Shown piece after piece: positions 61,517 through 64,000 of a stretch of DNA of 64,000 nucleotides; the stretch's first letter is position 1, and every line of letters begins with the position of its first letter. A program made the position numbers and the translations under genes. The stretch is from IMG/VR virus record IMGVR_UViG_3300031788_000005, positions 19,068-83,067 of that record. One strand, written 5' to 3'. The DNA is from a virus. The notes below the pieces were generated by a model that was given only the letters and a program-made list of their open reading frames with translations, searched no databases and was not told the origin of the DNA.

Positions 61517-62338
61517 ATGAAGACTCTAAATCAGTACGACAAACAAATCGACCTATTTGACGGAGAGCAGCCAGATTCTTGGAGACGCAATTATTGGAAA
61601 GAGAAGTTGAAAAATCCTGACGTAGTTCAGAAAATTTCCGAAGAAATTAACTCGGCTAGTACTACAGCCCCAACAAAACAAGAAAAACAAGATGATTTTT
61701 TCTATGCTGGCTCTACCGTTGAAACGGTCTTGAAACCCCGCAATTTACATGAGGAGAGTAAAGATTTTTTTAAAGCCCAACTTGACCTAACTAAAGACGG
61801 ATTACCTAAGGAAACCATGGGCCAAAATGGCACAACGGTTGATAGTGACCGTGTCCGATTGGATTTGTTCGACCAACAGTGGCACCGAAATAGTGATTTT
61901 GCCGCAAAAGCCACATTAAAAGATGGTAAGATGACCATGACTCCTACAGAAGCGTTTATTGAAGTCTACCCTCATGGTAAACAAACACCTGTTAGCGCAG
62001 CCCAGAAGCCTACATCGAGCATTACAGACGGCATTCCAGCCAATCACAAGGGCGGCGTTCGTGGAGACGATGGCGGCGTTGTAGATTCTATTCAACTTGA
62101 GGAGAAGAGTGGTGCTAGTGTACCAATAGGAGACAGATTTTTACCCGCTCCTACTCAAGACGGAAAACTTCCTTTGCCCGCTAATCCTCAAATTTCTAGT
62201 GGAAACCTTCAAGCGAAAGCTTGGGATGGGCAGAAATATGACGACGGAGGCTTTCAAGGCGGATTGGGTACTAACTTGGGCGATTTACTCCAAAAATACA
62301 TCCAAGATAAAGGTTTGAATTTTAAACAGGAAAAGTAA
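61517..62338 (+). CDS. hypothetical late protein
   Basis: 273-aa ORF; GTGTAAT-7nt-ATG. Confidence 0.7.
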   Translation: MKTLNQYDKQIDLFDGEQPDSWRRNYWKEKLKNPDVVQKISEEINSASTTAPTKQEKQDDFFYAGSTVETVLKPRNLHEESKDFFKAQLDLTKDGLPKETMGQNGTTVDSDRVRLDLFDQQWHRNSDFAAKATLKDGKMTMTPTEAFIEVYPHGKQTPVSAAQKPTSSITDGIPANHKGGVRGDDGGVVDSIQLEEKSGASVPIGDRFLPAPTQDGKLPLPANPQISSGNLQAKAWDGQKYDDGGFQGGLGTNLGDLLQKYIQDKGLNFKQEK

Positions 62339-62362
62339 TCTAAATAGGTGTAATAATCAAAT

Positions 62363-62884
62363 ATGAGCTTAATAGATGTGTCATCCGCAATTGCAGCAAC
62401 AAAAGAAAAACAAGTATTAAATAAGCCTTTTAAAACGCCAAAAGGCAAAGCCGCTTACGCCGTATATGTTAAAAACGACAAAGACGCGATTATCCGTGTA
62501 GATTTCGATGCTTGTCAAGCGAGCGACCCTACAAACCTCGGTCCACTTTGGACTTCAGAACATTGGGGGTCTCAAGTTAATACTGCAAAAGCAGAAGATA
62601 ATACTAACACCGCAACACAAACTGTAGACCAACTTTCCAATTTTTATTACGAAGGCAATTATAAGACGAAGGACGAACAGTGGGATGGTTACAGTTTTTA
62701 TAGCCAACAGGCTCTTATTGATGCAATGCCAAAACTAAAACTTGCTCCGTCAGTTTATACTTTAAACATTCCTACCGCCAAGGAAACAAAGATTGGTTCA
62801 GATACTCTCTATAATTCCGAAGTAAAAACTCAATTGGATAAAGCCGCCCAAAAGGTCAAAGACCCAGTGAGCGGCAATATTTAA
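62363..62884 (+). CDS. hypothetical late protein
   Basis: 173-aa ORF; GTGTAAT-8nt-ATG. Confidence 0.7.
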   Translation: MSLIDVSSAIAATKEKQVLNKPFKTPKGKAAYAVYVKNDKDAIIRVDFDACQASDPTNLGPLWTSEHWGSQVNTAKAEDNTNTATQTVDQLSNFYYEGNYKTKDEQWDGYSFYSQQALIDAMPKLKLAPSVYTLNIPTAKETKIGSDTLYNSEVKTQLDKAAQKVKDPVSGNI

Positions 62885-63393
62885 TTAACGCGGTGGTTTG
62901 CAAAATCTACTAGGAAATGCGTTTGGAATAGATACTTTTACTTCCTTTGTTACAGGAACGCCCTTCTTAATCAAGCCATCCCGATAATCGTAGAAAATCT
63001 CAAATGTCAAGATAAATTTTTATTTAGAATTTGAAACCACAAATTTATAAATAGTAGGAGTGTCTAAAATTTGGGCAAGAGTTAACCAATCAGTTACTGG
63101 ATTTTCTTTTTCAATGGGATAATCTGTCATAACAACACAAACATTTTCGGGTTCCATTTCGTGGCGGGCTGTAGTTTCGGGGAAAGGAACAATAAATCCT
63201 GAATATGGCCATTGATTTACTGGCCTCATACCATCATCAAATTCCTTCCAAAATTCAACATCCTCTTCGTAACACCAGAAACATTCCGAACCGGCAATAA
63301 GTTTACCCTCTATTCGGCTCAATAAATTCTCATTTTTAAAAATTAAATCTCCTGCCTTATCGTATTCTTTGGCTAAATTAGCTAAATAATGTT

Positions 63394-63879
63394 TCATATG
63401 AACCGAATTGGTTTCAAATCACCCTTTAAATACAGGGGATGACTAGGACTTCCATCACCGTTAATTTTAAGACAGTGAAGTTTTACTCCGATATTATTTA
63501 ATAATTGTTTGATATTAATATCTTGATTGTGGTGTTTTCCATGTTTTCCCCAACCCGCTACTACGACGGATGCTTCACTAGCACACTGTAATATATAATG
63601 CTGATTATGAACTCCCACTGGATTAGGAACCGCTTTCATATTTTCAGGAGACGTGTCACGCCACGCGAACAAATTCGTCATACAAAAACCACCGTAACCC
63701 CAAGCCTTTGAATAGGCTATACATCTGCGAATAGTAGGGTCATCAATGGATTCATCGGCGGTCGAAGGATTGAGTCCTATAAAATTCACATAAAGACTGT
63801 TATTATCCCATTTTCTCCAAAGACTATACCTATAAAGTCTATCTGGACTAAAAGTTGTTTCACGATTGGTCATCAGCAA
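63394..63879 (-). CDS. DUF1643 family protein
   Basis: YRYSLWR.W, IGLNPSTAD...DDPTIRRC, NLFAWR.T.P, HPLY. Confidence 0.92.
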   Translation of the reverse strand: MLMTNRETTFSPDRLYRYSLWRKWDNNSLYVNFIGLNPSTADESIDDPTIRRCIAYSKAWGYGGFCMTNLFAWRDTSPENMKAVPNPVGVHNQHYILQCASEASVVVAGWGKHGKHHNQDINIKQLLNNIGVKLHCLKINGDGSPSHPLYLKGDLKPIRFI

Positions 63880-64000
63880 GTAATTACAATGTTACTAGCA
63901 TCAATTCCAGCATAACATGGAGATAAGCCCGTAAAAGAACAGACGATAAATACTAACTGGCCACAATAACGCAATTTGAAGGTAAACCCAAAATGGAATA

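Noticed and set aside
1-64000. CRISPR array, rRNA, integrase or IS element
   Set aside because: No regularly spaced repeats, rRNA motifs, recombinase or transposase signatures seen.
1-64000. Alternative genetic code or suppressor tRNA
   Set aside because: Known genes are full length under code 11, and no CTA, TTA or TCA anticodon was found.

Overview
This is an AT-rich, gene-dense segment of a large (jumbo-like) tailed dsDNA phage genome, with almost all genes on the minus strand. Bases 1-41 kb are an accessory and nucleotide-metabolism region: Rnl2-type RNA ligase, macrodomain, Nudix, rIIA/rIIB, dUTPase, dCMP deaminase, ThyX, phosphoesterases, glycosyltransferases and many small ORFs. Bases 41-57 kb are an array of about 43 CCA-ending tRNA genes read by eye, covering all 20 amino acids. 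Many are atypical, and they are interleaved with homing endonucleases, a Pth2-like hydrolase, a 2H phosphodiesterase and several structured ncRNAs. Bases 57-63 kb hold an envelope/lysis-like module. The most notable observation is a candidate ribosome-coupled attenuator at the head of the tRNA array: a 37-codon leader using 19 of 20 amino acids, followed by overlapping antiterminator and terminator hairpins. Other highlights are two D-armless tRNA-Arg genes with a D-loop-like motif moved 3' of the anticodon, circularly permuted tRNA-like RNAs, a candidate minimal RNase P RNA, a twice-repeated pseudoknot 5' UTR on mobile endonuclease genes, and widespread leaderless transcription from two promoter classes. 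All RNA structures and protein family calls were made by eye, with no database search.
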